This document shows, one piece after another, positions 13,318 to 40,835 of a stretch of 64,000 bases of DNA. Each line of letters opens with the position of its first letter. Within the stretch, counting starts at the first letter, position 1. The notes beneath the pieces were generated by a model that made no database searches, had not been told where the DNA came from, and was given only the letters and a program-made list of their open reading frames with translations. Made by a program: the position numbers and the translations under genes. Source of the DNA: Amoebidium appalachense (taxonomy: Eukaryota > Protista > Ichthyosporea); assembly GCA_963693365.1 (NCBI GenBank), contig CAVNZM010000016.1, forward strand, positions 2,567,457-2,631,456, in the 5' to 3' direction.

Positions 13318-14714
13318 AACCAACCAACCAATTTTCAAATACAGCCCACCAACATTGCCAGCTCACTCACTAAACTAAACCAAAAAAAAAAAAAAAAAAA
13401 AAAAACCCACCTGCACAGGCTTTGAAAGCCTGACAGTTGCCAAACTAACTGGGTGTGCGGCATTGTCATAAAAGTCTTCAAACATGAACACACGCAGCGT
13501 CTGTTTCTCCTCCATGAACCCCAACAGGTACAATGGGGAGTAGGCTACTGTCCAGAGGGTGCGAAGGAGCCACGACCTGTGTGTGTGTGTGTGTGTGTGT
13601 GTGAGGGGGGGGGGGGGGGGGGGGAGAGGGAGGGGGGGAGGGGGGGGCGGGAAGGGGCAGGGGGGCGAAGAGGGGAAGGGGGGGGGGGGGGGGGGGGAGT
13701 GGGCGGGGAGGGGAGGGTGGGGGGGGGGGGAGGGGGGGGGAAGGGGGGGAGCAGGGGAAGGGAGTTAGGGAGAAATAGTGTGTGTGTGTGTGTGTGTGTG
13801 TTTGGGTATGCATGAATGTGTGTGTGTGTGTGCGTGTGTGCTGGGATTGAGTGTTTGTGTGTGCCAGTATGTGTGCTTGTCGGTGTAGTTGGAAGGGGCG
13901 GAGGCGGATGCAGGGGGAGGGAGGGGGGGGGTACGTGAGGAAATGGTGAAGTGATTGGGAGAGGGGGTTGAGGGTGGGTGTGTGGGTGTGCGGGGGGAGG
14001 GGGGGGGGAGGAAGAAGAACTCAAGGTTAGTGGACGAACTAAACTGACCGATCACGGCATTTGCAGGCACTACTCACAAGCCTACTCCCCTCACATCAAC
14101 CACCCATCCACCTCCACCCATCCACACCCACCCATTTATCCCACACAACATTCTTTCGCTTCTTGAAGGCAGCCCCCCCCCCCCCCCCCCCACACACACA
14201 CACGCACACACACGCACACACACGCACATACATATCCATTCACTTGCCCATCCCCACACCTTCAACCGACGCCGTCACTTACCCCCTCCCCCCCCCCCCC
14301 CCCCCCCCTTGTCTCTCCCCTCCCCTCCCCTCCCCTTTATATTCACGTGCACCTCAGGCTTTCCCTCAACCTACGTAAACCCAGCATCCAGTCACACCAC
14401 CTACCTACCCCCCCCCCCCAACACTCGTGCACTCTACCCACGTAAACACCCACACACAGTTCGACATAGAAAGATGCCCCCCTCCTACAGACACACGAAC
14501 ACACATACACAACCCACTCGAAGCCTACCCCCCCCCCCCCCCCCCCCCACCACCACCATCATCATCCCCTTCCCCTCCACACGCACCTGTATTTTAACAT
14601 ATAACTCCTCTTACTCTCCACCAAAATCTTTCTGTCCTCCCTTCCCCCCCCCCCCCCCCCCCCCTTTCCCCTAATCCCCCTCAATACACCCCACACAACC
14701 CCACAAAGCGCTCC

Positions 14715-14747
<33 letters not shown>

Positions 14748-15094
14748 TCATATCCACTCTCCCAATGCCCAAAACAACCACCCCCCCCCCCCCCCCCTTC
14801 CCCCCCTACACATACCAATATCTCAGCATACAAATCCTCTTATTCTCCACCACAGCCGTTATTTCCTCCCTTCCTCCCCCCCCCCCCCCCCCCCCCCCCC
14901 GTCTTCCCCACCTCCTCCACCTCCCCCCCCCCCCCCCCCCCCGGTACCCTCCCCACCTCCCCCCCCCTTCCCCCACCCCACCCACACACGCAGCTATATC
15001 TCAGTATGCATTTCCTTTTAATCTCCACCACAGCCGTTCTATCATCACTCTCCAACCCCCCCCCCCCCCCACCCACCCACACACACACATACCC

Positions 15095-15125
<31 letters not shown>

Positions 15126-15241
15126 ACTCACACACACACCTCCCCTACCCCCATCCCCCTCTCCCCCTCCACCCACGCACCTGTATCTCAGCATGCAACT
15201 CCTCTTACTCTCCACCACGGCCGTCCTATCCTCACTCTCCC

Positions 15242-15277
<36 letters not shown>

Positions 15278-15831
15278 ACACACACACACCTCTTCACGCA
15301 CACCTCCCCCCTCCCCCCCCTCCCCCCCACACACAAAACACACGCACCTGTATCTCAGCATGCAACTCCTCTTACTCTCCACCACGGCCGTCCTATCCTC
15401 ACTCTCCAACCTCACACTGACCATAAACATGCCATACTCCTGGTTCACCACCGAGTCTGGCACGTCAAACGTGAGACTGATGTCGTATGCTTGGCCTGAA
15501 CGGAGAAGACGGGTGTATCCCTTTTCGATGAGTGGCATGGTGGATACGGGGAGGGTCGGCTGTGGAAGAAGGGGGGGTGGGGGGGGGGGGGTGCATTTGT
15601 GGTCAGTGTGTGTGTGTGCGTGTGTGTGTGGGAGGGGGGAGAGGGAGTAGGGGGAGGGAGGGGAGAAGGGTGAGGGAGGGTTAGAATGTGTTATAGAGTA
15701 CGATATACACATTCATAAAGAACAACATAATGCAGAGTGCAAGGGGGGGAAGGGCAGGGAGGGGAAGGGGGGACGGGGCTGGGCGGCGGCGGGGGGGGGG
15801 GGGGGGGGGGGGGGGGGCTTTGTGTGCGTGT

Positions 15832-15866
<35 letters not shown>

Positions 15867-18049
15867 TGGGTATGCATTCATGACAACATGGTCGTGTGCG
15901 TGTGTGTTCGTGTGTGTGCGGATATGCATATGCAAAAAATCCTTCGCAAATCAGAAAGAGCATTGATTTGGAAAGCCATGTGACGGAGCACAACAGAGCA
16001 CACCAACTTGTAAGCCAGCAAGGATTAGGGCCCCCCCCGGGGGGGGGGGGGGGGGGGGGGGGGGGAGGGTGACGTTTTCCACTACACAAGACGCACCTAA
16101 AACACGCTGCTAAAAATCAACGAGATGAGAAAAGGAACATCAGAACATGCAAAGGAGGCCCTACGTAAACACAGCCCATCTTCCCGTGCATGGGAGTGGG
16201 GGGGGGGGGGGGGGGGGGGGGGGGGTTTGAATGCGTCAAAAAGTACGAAGTACACAAGAACAAACGGATAACACGATGCAGAATGCAAGCCATACATAAA
16301 GAGTATGCATAATAAGCAGAGCCCATCCTCAGGGGGGGCCTACGTCATCCACAGTACCCGAGTTTCGACCTATTCACCTCGTTAACGAAACCCAACTCAG
16401 ATACTGTTTCACTTGAACATGGGTAGGTCACCCGTCTTGTTCAGAGACGAGCAGGGTTGCTTATGCAGGCAAGGGCAGTGGGAAAGGCCGGGCCGGGGGT
16501 TAAAGTTGCAGCAGTAAGCAGAAGCAAGAAAAATATAGATAGGAACTCAGGAGACGGGGCTTCTAGGAAGCTCCCCCGTCGATACCTAAGTCGATACTTC
16601 CCTGGCTAACATACTACACCAGCTGAAAAGAATTAAGTCCCGAAGGCCGCAGGATTCGCAATCAGAGGGGAAAATATGTGGGGGGGGGGGGGGGGGGGGG
16701 GAGGGGGGGGAGGGGGAGTTTACATTGCAAGGGTGCAAAGTGGGGGGAATGGGGAGAGGGGGGGGGGGGGGGGGGGGGGGGGATTGAATGCGGAACACGG
16801 TACGAAGTACACATACACGATGAGAAGCATGGTGCAGGACACATGCAAAGGCAAACATTAAAGTATGCAATATCAGCAATGCGCACAGTATGCGTCATAA
16901 GCAGAGCCCATCATCAGGGAGGGCCCAAGGGCAGAGGAGTGGGGATGATAAGGTACTGCTATAAGCCATCAGGTGTTGTGAAGAGAATTATGGTTGATGG
17001 TTGACTTTTGCAAGAAGAAAGGAATGAAGGTGGGTAGAGGGAGGGAGGGGGCAGGGGAAGGGGGGGGAGGGGGGAGGGGGAGGAGTAGTGACGGGAGGCC
17101 TAGGCTTGCAGGGGTGGAGCAAAAGAGGGTAAACGGTGTTTTGTTTGTTGTTGTTATTTCTTTTTTTTCCTTTTCTTTTTTTTTTTCTCTTTTGTTTGGG
17201 GGGGGAAGGGGGAGGGGGGTTCGCTGGATTATGGAACGTGAAGATTTGCTAAGATTCTCTCTAGCTAAACTAATATTTGAGACCTGCGAAGTGTTTTCTG
17301 TGTTCCTAAACATCCCCACCATACTCTTCTCCTCAATGGCCTGCTGGCCCACCTGACCCTCCACTCCTCCCCCCTCCCTCCCGCCCTCTCTCTCTTTCTT
17401 CCCCCCCCCCCCCCCCACCCTCCCCACCCGAAACACACACTTCCCATAAAGGTTTTAAGTCAGGCACTCACAGGAACACAGTCCCTCCACGCCTTCTTGC
17501 TTTACTCCCGTCCCACCCCCGTAACATCCTTCCCCCCCCCCCCCCCCCCCCACCCCCTCCCTCCTGGTCAACTCAAGTCAGTAAAACATACACTTAATTC
17601 CTTCGGCCGACTCCCCCTCTCCCTTTCCCCCGCCTTCCACGCACCCTTCACTCTCCCTTCCTCCTATTCTGCCCTCCTCTTTTACCATTACCCTAGTCAA
17701 TTCACCAGCACCCAAAACAAACATCTAACCAGTCAGTGCATCTCCATGAACCCACCTTCTCGACAAAGGCTGTTGTGTTGGGCAGCCCAAAGTCCATGTG
17801 CACGGGTTTTATGTGCTGTGCGGCAGGGAGATACAGCCACCTAAAACCAAGGTAGAGACCCAGTGATGTAGTGAACATGATCCAGCAGAGGATGCCCACA
17901 ACTATGAGTCTTACAAGCAGCCAGGCTCCCCTTTCCGTTGCTATTGCCAACCCCTTTCCAAGCTTTTCAGTTGCTGTGTCAACGTAGGCGGAGAGCCATT
18001 CCCCCCATTCTTGCACGAGGGATTTCCCTCGGCCGACCAATGCATCCAT
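10515..18049 (-). CDS. BSCL2: Seipin (lipid-droplet biogenesis protein, BSCL2/Sei1 family), 5 exons
   Basis: Exons 18049-17756, 15559-15348, 13576-13411, 12519-12364 and 11028-10540/10515; all introns are GT-AG with matching phases. Motifs GQAYDISLTFDVPDSVVNQEYGMFMV, RSCMLRYRSWLL, EEKQTLRV and MYGATLHFDAHFTGLR parallel animal seipin; two TM segments. A probable 1-nt homopolymer indel near 10700-10716 would restore an acidic tail ending LRKR...HRDD* at 10515. Confidence 0.93.
12505..12890 (-). repeat. Degenerate tandem repeat of the seipin exon-4 acceptor junction
   Basis: Units start at 12505 (true junction), 12594, 12686, 12762, 12820 and 12883 (partial), each resembling AGTGGCnCCGTACATCTGCAA...TAAGATT. 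Confidence 0.85.
14580..15411 (-). repeat. Tandem copies of the seipin exon-2 3' end plus donor site, separated by poly-C/G tracts
   Basis: True junction at 15341-15411. Copies at 15174 (67 nt identical), 14987, 14809 and 14580 (diverged). Confidence 0.92.
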
Positions 18050-18571
18050 GACTGCAAGCTAGTGCGGAGGGATGGGTCTCCGCAGAAGCAAAAATTGAAA
18101 ACGGGAAAAAAGAAAAATAACGTCGTCAAAGACCACAACCTTTATTACGTGTGGTGGTAGGTATGTCTAACTATATGTATAAATGATGGTTTGGATGCTA
18201 GCGGACAGGTAAGGCTGGTGAAATTAGCGAAAGCTTATCGTTAGTTTCTGAAGCATCAAGACCGAACAGAAATGGTTGAACTCCAGGTCAGAACATGTGT
18301 GGCCGGTCCCGAGGTGTGAGCCATTAGAAAATCGCTTCCAGAAAAAACCAAAACACAACCGTTCAGAATTTTTCCCGCCCACTATATGGTCTACACTAAG
18401 CAGTCACAACGATGTGAACATGTTCATACAAGAGAGAGAAAACAAAACTGCAGAAAACTCAACAACTTGGAACCGTGATCATCGCATAATCGATAATACG
18501 TAACAAAGCGCTGACACGTTGACCTCTGATTGGCCGACAAAAGCTTCTCATATATGGCTATATATGTATTA

Positions 18572-18599
18572 GGGGTTTACGCTGTTTACTCGAGGCAAA
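18572..18599 (+). promoter_or_regulatory. Dispersed 28-bp element, copy 3, in the divergent intergenic region between seipin and coiled-coil gene A
   Basis: Identical to copy 2; 660 bp upstream of the ATG at 19232. Confidence 0.5.
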
Positions 18600-19231
18600 G
18601 AGAACCAGTCTCAGGTATGGGGGGGGGGGGTAATATGTATTAGTACTAGAATACGATTGGTCCAAACGGCATCCAATTTGGCGCAAAATTCCAAATCCAG
18701 CCAATAACCTGATTGGCTGTAACGGCTCCAAAAAGTGGAACAGAAAGTGGAACACGAAGATCCACAATAATACGGCTGTGACTGGCCCGCCGTGCATGCT
18801 TTGCAGCAGCAAGACGTCACAAAATAAAATCATAATAAAGCCAATATTATATAATTATACCGAGGTAACACATGAGCTTTTTTATACTAAATGGCTTACT
18901 TTTAATGCAGCTTCTTCTTTGCAATATTGCAGCATTTTCAATTTTCAAAGCCTCCAGGGGTACATACAATTGTTTTGGTGATAGATAAGTGTAGATAGCT
19001 AGGCTACTTCGCCCTGCTGTAACAGCCTATATTGCGCTATAGTAAGGTGCTTAGATGATAGGCATTCTATGTACTATGCCATAAATTTATTTTCAGCGTG
19101 TACAAAAAAACAAAGCCTTCTGTTACAGACCTTCTGTTTTACATTCAGGGAAGAAACTAGGACTGCTTCCGACAAAACAAACTTGTCTCCCGAACACGTT
19201 ATAACAGAAAAACATAAAATCTTTTTCGAAG

Positions 19232-26740
<7,509 letters not shown>

Positions 26741-27156
26741 TATGCGCATTGAAATTGAATGTGGTTATAATAGCCTGAAATCTAGATCTACCACAAAGAA
26801 AATTGACTTTTAATAACGTGCATGTTGAACTTCCCAAGTATAATAATGGGCAGGGTCACGGTTCCCATTCATCCGGTTAAATTTAAAGTAAACCTAAAAG
26901 GCTCACAACCTGGTAAAATTTACCACTTGTGATTTGTAACAGTTTGATACCTTCAGAATGACTGGTTGATGTGTAGATTGACATTGCACATGTTGTTGCC
27001 TTCCCCCCCCCCCCCCCCCCCCCCCCTTCCCCCCCTTCACTCCCCCCTTCTTCCCCCTCTCTCTCGGCTCCCTCCCCTCCCTTTCGCCCCCCCCCCCCCC
27101 CCCCCCCTCCCCCCCCCAACCTCCCCTCCCCCCTCCCCCCCCTCCCCCCCCCCCCT

Positions 27157-27187
<31 letters not shown>

Positions 27188-28266
27188 CGCCCGCCCTCCG
27201 GCCCCCAGTCCCCCTTCTCCCAGCACCCTCGTTTTGGGTGATCGTCACCACAATGTTGCCCGCCAAAAGGCCCGGGGCGGGGGGGGGGGGGGGGGGGTTG
27301 GCCCTTGATTGATAGGAATTGGGGGGGGGGTGGGGGGGGGGGGGGGGGGGGGGGGGGGGTCGGCCCCTGAGGATCCCCCGAGGCTTCATGTGGCGGGGCA
27401 GGGGCCTGTCAACTTTGGCTCGGTGCTTCCAACTAGTGTGGCACGTTATAATTCTGCCTGAAAAACGATACCCAACTATTATTTATATGTAGCATGTGAA
27501 AATGGAGCGTATATTCTCTACAGACTAGAGCCATTCGTGGTTGTAAGGTTCCCGCTCTTATACACCATGTCATGACTCATGATCAGCATAGGACGAGCTT
27601 CGGATCCACAAAAACTTTGACCTGGAAATTTAGAAATCGGAAACATCTGGCAGCTGGGCACACGCCCATCAATGAGTTGTGTTTGCAACCCTGAATATGC
27701 AAATAAACTGAATATGCGAGCATAATATCGATCAAATCGCTCTTGCTAGCAGCTGCATGCATAAAGTTTGCCATAAACGGTTGAATGGCAAAAAAAAATG
27801 TCCTGCTTTCAAAAACACGCCCCAACAGGAGTCTTAGGAGAAAGTCTTGATGAGCGTTCACCCAATTATAAGCGCAAATAAGTTTTTGAACGGTGCTCAC
27901 AAAGCCAATGAAAATAGCGTTTCTTTTTGGAGCAGTGGAATGATTGGCTCGCTGAATTCTATTTCGAACCACGGTCCACCAGATCTGGGCCGAGGACTGG
28001 ACTCAGGGCGAGACGCGTACACGATAGTGTTTCGTTTAACGCGGAGGCGTGACCTTTCACCAAACCAAAAAAAAAACCAAAAAAAAAACAAAAAACCACA
28101 TACATAGAAGGTGGAGAGAAGAAACCAAAAAAAGGGGGGGCGTACTCATGGTATAGGCTTTCTTGTCTGTCTGTTTGTTTCATTAGCTACAACAAATAGC
28201 ATAACTGTCTAGAATCTGTAGGTCAGCTTTCTATGCCTGTGTGACCCGGTAAGGAAGCACCACAAA

Positions 28267-35264
<6,998 letters not shown>

Positions 35265-35416
35265 AAATAGCGGCCAATCAAATGGAAGATGCGGCTACTG
35301 ATGGCAGTTGTGGGAAAGGGGAGTGCTGGTGGTGTGGAGGGGTCCGTCGGTAGATCAAAAACGGATATTGACCTTCTGAAACAAAACCACCACTCGCGTG
35401 CCCACGCACACACCCA

Positions 35417-35508
<92 letters not shown>

Positions 35509-35599
35509 TATGTACGCGTGCCATGCGCCCGCACACACATATACAAACACAAACAGACCGGCACACATACACACACACACATAAGTTTGCGCGCGCGTA

Positions 35600-35719
<120 letters not shown>

Positions 35720-35992
35720 GCACGCACGCACACACACACACACACACAGACCACGCTAAAAAAATAATAATAATATAAAGACCGTTATTAGCAGCAAGTA
35801 TGTGAATGAAAGCCTTAGTCTCTGTCATTATGAACGAAGTTTTTTTGGTGCCAACATGCTTGAGTGTAAACAACCACCCAAAATAGCAATGGTGGCGACA
35901 CGTTGGTGTGCGTGTCTGTATGTGGCATTGTGTATATCTGTGGTTTAAAGTTCTATTTATGTATTATTTCAAGTTCTTTAAAATTTAAGTTT

Positions 35993-36023
<31 letters not shown>

Positions 36024-37154
36024 GGGACGGTTTTTTTTTTTTTTTTTTTTGGGGCGGGGGGGGGGGGGGGGGGGGGGGGACGGGGGGGAGGCAGGGAGGG
36101 AGAAGGGGGGAAGGGTAGCACCAGTATGATTTGTTATAGTTTTAGGGTGGTTTTTCTTTGCCGGTCCCTAACATGGCGATAATCACCCATTTTACCCTGT
36201 TTTACGTGCAGTGTTCACCGGGCTTCCCTGATGTACTTTGTCAAAACTTTATGAGCACGGGGTGACTGTGTGCTAATGTGTACATACTCGAGGATGGTAC
36301 ACTCAGTCAGGGATATACACTGCTCCAAAACTGCTAAACGCGCAGCGGTTATCAATTGGGAAAAAAACAGAAATTTCTTTGCTCTTTCCTGCTGTGAGGC
36401 ATCCGATCATTCTTTGTTATACTCAGCTATCCTCCCTCCCTCCCTCCCCCCCCCCCCCCCCCCCCCCCCCCCCAACACACACACACATGCACAAGAAAAA
36501 AAATTCGCAGAGCTGGTGATGTTTTTCGTGTCGTCATGGAGGCATTCAGGAAGGGAAGGGAGGGGGGAGGGGAGGAAGGGGCGCGGCAGCGGGCGGCGGC
36601 GGCTGGGCGGGGAGGGGAGGGGGAGGGGGGGGTCTTCGTTTGTTTGTTTTTTTTGTTTTTTTGTGTGTGTGGGGGGGGGGGGGGGGGGGGGGGAGGGGGG
36701 GAGGGGGGGTCCTTACTTCATTTTTTTTATACCTTTTCTCCCCCTTTTCTTTCCTTCCTTCCTTGCCTATTTCTTTCTTTTATTCTCTGATTCTTTTCTT
36801 CCGAAGTCTTCTTTCTTTCAGAAACAAGTGTTTGCATGTCCATTTGTTCGTTTGTTTTGTATGTGTGTACACGTGTGCCGGCCTGCCTGCGTGCGTGCGT
36901 GTTTGCGCACGAGACATATAGCCTGACACCATGATACAACTAATACACCCGAATCATGAACGTATCTAAACATGTTTCTGGCTCAGAGCATGCACCAACG
37001 TTAGTATCAAGCCCTGCTGATGGGGTTCGAACATACCATGAATTGAAAGAATGTCGAGTGCCGGCTGATACCCACCCTCCCCCCCTCCCCCCCCCCCCCC
37101 CCCCCCCTCCTCCTCTCTCCCCTTCCCCCCCCCCCCCCCCCTCCTCTCCTTCCC

Positions 37155-37189
<35 letters not shown>

Positions 37190-37449
37190 AAAAAAGAAAA
37201 GAAAGAAAAGAAAAAAACACATTTTCACACACGGAAATGTATGTACCAACCTTCACACAGTATTAACAACGCGCACAACCAGACAATGCATAAACCCCTG
37301 CAAAAACATACACAGGGCTCACACTGAGCTCACACTGAGGAAATACATAGATCCACACACACCAATGCGCGCGCACACACACACACACACACGCACACAC
37401 GCACACACGTGCGCGCCCGTGTGCACACGCACACACGCACGCACACACA

Positions 37450-37493
<44 letters not shown>

Positions 37494-38172
37494 AAAACAA
37501 TGAAATTCTCAAACACAAGACCTCACGTCTGGCTAACACAGAAAAACGGTCGGACACAAAGCACACACTGAATTCTCATTGTAGAACCGAAGAAAACGTG
37601 ACGAAGTGCCCACCGACATCTTCAAGCAAAAATATACAAAAGTTATCATTTCAAGTGTAAACACGCTGGCAAGAAAATGCATCTAGTGAACTTTAACTCC
37701 CACATACATTAAGACTGTACAGAGAAAGTTACTTTTATTACGGGATCGTATGTTACTCTGACCTCTGCTCTCGATTTATGCCGAAGGCACAAAACACAAA
37801 AACAACCACTCACCCCACACACACTTGGCCACTTCAAATGTGGACAAATCTTTGCACACAAGTATAATGTGATCAAAGTTTCCGGCTATCAAAGCCTCAG
37901 AAACCGAATTATTATTTCTCAAATGTTTTTAGCGCCAGGCAGGCCAGCTGCCCATCAAGTGTGGCGCATTCTCTTTAGGTTAATCATTATAGTATAACAA
38001 TTTGACTATTTACAGGTGGTTCACTATGGCTACATTTCAGTCCGTCATAACAAAAACGGCTCATATAGTAGTGATAACATATCATCTATGGTATTCGCAA
38101 AAACCATGAACATTATCCAGCAATTCCAACATTTCGAAAAACGAAAAACGGATATCATACTGTATATGCCGT

Positions 38173-38958
38173 TTAGCAATCCTTCCAGTCACCACTGCTC
38201 TTGTACTTCATGCTAATACCGTACCGCTTCGCCTGAGCGCACGACGCGGAACCCGCAGAGTACTCCACGCCAAACACGGCCTTGTTTGCGTTCTGGAACG
38301 GCTCATAGTAATAACACTCGTTGAACCGCGTGCAGCTCTCGTTGATGGCAAAATCAAAAGAACCCTGAAGCCGGCGAAGAATCTCGAGCGCGTTTTTCAG
38401 ACCGATAACCATTCCGCGGGAGTGCGCAGCGTCGGCGAGCCAGCGTGCGTATTCGGTCTGCTTGTTCTTGAGCGTCTCTGTGCTTGCGCCGGGGACACAG
38501 TCGTGAAGGAAACAGTCCAAGTTATCAGCCTCCAGGCCATCACACCCGAGGCTCTTTGCGTTGTCCATGCGCGCTGCCATCGTATCCTTGAAATCCTCCC
38601 AGCGGGTGATGTCGAGCCAGCTCTCGCCTGAGTAGCGTGACTTTTCGCTGATAACGGAGGAAGGGAAGGAGCGTGCGTCCGGACGCCAGTTCTCCACGGT
38701 GCCCGCGGACATGTAGCAGATTACGGAGGAACCCTGGCTCTGGAACTTGCTGACTTGAGATTCGGAGGTCTTCAAAAGGTCGACCAAAACGACGTCTTTG
38801 CCGTTTGCGTTGTCTTCCTTCACCTCCCATGCGAGGTTGGCCCAGGTGGCACCGGATTTAATCTTGTGTGCACCCCGGGAGACACGTTGGTGTGTGGACG
38901 GCGCGCCGAGGGCGGACGCAAGCACACAGGCGAGACCGAGGACTTTGACGGCATACAT
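38173..38958 (-). CDS. Secreted glycoside hydrolase family 114 (endo-alpha-1,4-polygalactosaminidase, Ega3-like)
   Basis: Intronless 261-aa ORF with a signal peptide. Motifs ICYMSAGTVENWRPD, GESWLDI, GCDGLEADNLD, GLKNA, FDFAINESC and KAVFGVEY are typical of GH114. TATATAA lies ~155 bp upstream. Confidence 0.92.
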   Translation of the reverse strand: MYAVKVLGLACVLASALGAPSTHQRVSRGAHKIKSGATWANLAWEVKEDNANGKDVVLVDLLKTSESQVSKFQSQGSSVICYMSAGTVENWRPDARSFPSSVISEKSRYSGESWLDITRWEDFKDTMAARMDNAKSLGCDGLEADNLDCFLHDCVPGASTETLKNKQTEYARWLADAAHSRGMVIGLKNALEILRRLQGSFDFAINESCTRFNECYYYEPFQNANKAVFGVEYSAGSASCAQAKRYGISMKYKSSGDWKDC

Positions 38959-40560
38959 CTTGTTGGCTACTAGTGTTGATTTCTACTCGTAGGAAAATTG
39001 CGATTGTTGTGAGTGGTTTTTGAATGGGCAGATGTTTTCTGTGGCTCGTTGTTTGTTTGCTGTTGAGGACGCGTTTGCTGGATGAAGGTTTGTGGCTATT
39101 CTGGCCCCCTTATATACTACTCAGGACGTGTCACACGTGTGTGGCTCCGACGCCAATCGGTGCGAAAGCGAGCGTTGATTGGCGCGTATCTACCAGCACA
39201 CGATCAGGAAGCTGGGGGGTATTTGCGCTGAGAAATTTCGCCCTGGAAAAACTACAAAGCCGGTGGCCCTTCAATGATGACTCCGCAATGTTCAGTAGAT
39301 CTACATCTACCGAAATATATGGTGTGACGAAACAACCTATTGTTCTTATTATTGTGCACCCATAATGCATTTAGCGTATTTAGCGTGATAAACGCATACT
39401 AACCGTATGAGGTTGAACCGTTGCCGGACTGAGCAAATCCAGCGGGGTGGAATTTGGCTTCAAGGCTGTACGTACGTCAACTCAATAAACCTGAGCAGCT
39501 CAACAACAGTATTTTCGAAAAATGCATCGAAGACTTGCGCTAGATTTTAGTTTACAACCAATTATTTCACCCCATCTGTAATTATACACATTATCTACCT
39601 AATGTCGATTGATGTTGATAGCATGGGTGGCACTGGCAAATCGAAGAAGGGGGCGCGGGCCGTCCTCGAGAGTTCCCGCTAGACCCCAGGGACAAAGAAT
39701 CGCTCAGACTGCCAACAGGTAACAGGGGAGCACGAAAATGTATCATACCGCAAATTCCTCCACCCAAACAGTGAACCATGATAAGCGACGTGATACATCC
39801 ATGTCTATCATCGCCTGAAAACAAGTTAGAAACCCATTATATGTCAAAAAAAATCAATTTTGCTTTTAGTTTTAATGCACAAATGCTTTTCTTAGAGTTT
39901 ATCTACATCTTATGTGCTGATAGGCTGCAGGTAAGGAAGGTCACTGCGTCAAACTCCTCTGGAATTTTTACCCACGTTATCTGGGCAAATAGCTCGCGAC
40001 AATCTTATTGGTTTAGCTGCCCGTGATCAAAACAACAGTTTGACAAATCTGCCAATCGGAACAGTCCGTGCGTTCCTGAACCCAGGGCTTGCCTGGGCCG
40101 ACGTCTCAACCAATAACAATGCTTTTAGTGCAAAGAGGAGGCAAATTTAACCAATCATATTGGTTTTTACCTGAGACAGTTGGAGCCAATCGAAATTTGA
40201 GCACGTTGTGCCAAATTCTGCCGCTCCGCAAACACTGCAAGTTAACTGTGAAAGCAAAAAAGCAAAGGGAGAAAGGCCAAATATCAAAGAAAACGGGTCG
40301 AAAAATCAATTACAAATAAGGAGACATAATACATATGTATTAAATTGCTTCATGATCTCATTTAAGGGACGAACACCAATTTATTGTGACACGTTTTAGC
40401 CTACACGTGATTTCATACTCGACTCAAATCGCAGATGCCCGGATCCCGATGCCCAGGAATCCGGCACTGCATGCAGTGTTATCCGGTTTAGGCTGGGCTC
40501 TAATAATAGATAGCCCAGGTGCACTCCCGGAGTGCCCCCAGGGCCACTTACTTTGTACAG

Positions 40561-40599
<39 letters not shown>

Positions 40600-40835
40600 A
40601 GAGGCCTGCAGCACAAGTCTGCAAGTGCATTTATATATGAAAGTATATACATGTACCACTAATCATTACTGAAAGAAGAATGGGTGAGTACTGTATGTAT
40701 ACATATATGTGGTGTATGTGGCAACTGTGCAAGCTGGTGCAAGTCTGAAGGCCGCAAGTTGAAGGGAAGATGTGCCTTATTTGTGTATGTGACTATTTAG
40801 TGCGGGTGTACACGTGTGCCGTGCCTTGTGCTTGT

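Noticed and set aside
16345-16670. Non-repetitive island in seipin intron 1 (snoRNA or exon?)
   Set aside because: I found no convincing C/D or H/ACA box pair with a terminal stem and no phase-compatible exon.
17284-17352. Possible extra in-frame seipin exon (VGQQAIEEKSMVGMFRNTENTSQ)
   Set aside because: It has no polypyrimidine tract and a weak donor; exon 1 splices in phase to 15559 and already gives seipin-like spacing.
27583-27972. 129-aa minus-strand ORF between genes A and B
   Set aside because: Non-ATG start, no recognisable motif and no splice support.
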